A stretch of DNA of 63,960 bases, counting the filler, from Salisapilia sapeloensis CBS 127946 (taxonomy: Eukaryota; Protista; Oomycota): NCBI GenBank assembly GCA_023334545.1. It is 11 parts of 11 records of this genome, joined end to end, with 100 filler letters (N's around TTAATTAATTAA, not from the genome) between each part and the next. Parts side by side here need not be neighbours in the genome. Positions count along the whole stretch, not along the records: positions 62,959 to 63,960 come from JAADVB010001363.1; 10 more parts are not named here. The stretch is one strand, 5' to 3'. This document shows positions 63,818-63,960 of this stretch, one piece after another. The notes beneath the pieces are model-generated. The model worked only from the letters and a program-made list of their open reading frames with translations, had not been told where the DNA came from and did not search any database. Every line of letters starts with the position of its first letter. Within the stretch, counting starts at the first letter, position 1. The translations under genes were made by a program, and so were the position numbers.

Positions 63818-63960
63818 ATGACCATGGATAGCTTTCATTCGATGCTACGAGATGCTGCCGGCCAACGCCCTGCCGGTGACGCGTCCAATGGGAGTGCCCA
63901 GATGCCGACGCACAACATGCTGATGTCCCAAGGCTTCTCCATGCCGGCAGACACGTCCAA
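63818..63960 (+). CDS. Possible 5' end of a gene running off the window
   Basis: MTMDSFHSMLRDAAGQRPAGDASNGSAQMPTHNMLMSQGFSMPADTS, open to the window end; abrupt GC rise after AT-rich upstream DNA. Confidence 0.45.
   Translation, partial: MTMDSFHSMLRDAAGQRPAGDASNGSAQMPTHNMLMSQGFSMPADTS

Noticed and set aside
1-63960. CRISPR arrays, rRNA, tRNA, prokaryotic operons or defence islands
   Set aside because: No repeat-spacer arrays or RNA-gene signatures seen; spliceosomal introns and gene content are eukaryotic.

Overview
Eukaryotic DNA, most likely an oomycete (GT-AG introns, INR/FPR-like core promoters, oomycete-type TKL kinases, mucin-like wall protein, GH81, GT31). The window is not one locus. 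It is 11 contig pieces joined by ten artificial 100-nt linkers (44 N + TTAATTAATTAA + 44 N), so adjacency across a linker carries no meaning. Recognisable genes: three TKL kinase fragments, three trypsin-fold proteins (one without the catalytic Ser), a mucin-like secreted protein, homoserine dehydrogenase with an ACT-like C-terminus, ALKBH6-like dioxygenase, OMA1-like M48 peptidase, RIB43A, mitochondrial ClpX, a large ankyrin protein with internally duplicated modules, two helical-repeat proteins, a GH81 glucanase, a GT31 galactosyltransferase and a decayed Myb/SANT-like gene. The standout is a 5'-truncated, uninterrupted ORF of more than 3409 aa. It joins a ZNFX1/Upf1-like SF1 helicase (seven CCCH-type units inserted inside it), an NF-X1 zinc-finger array, an RZ-like finger, three intact CbbX/SpoVK-type AAA+ ATPases and a terminal Cys/His motif, making it a candidate RNA-sensing, AAA-powered ubiquitin-ligase immune or silencing protein. 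Three contigs carry exactly 141-bp identical inverted termini, probably an assembly k-mer signature of real inverted repeats. No rRNA, tRNA or CRISPR array was seen.
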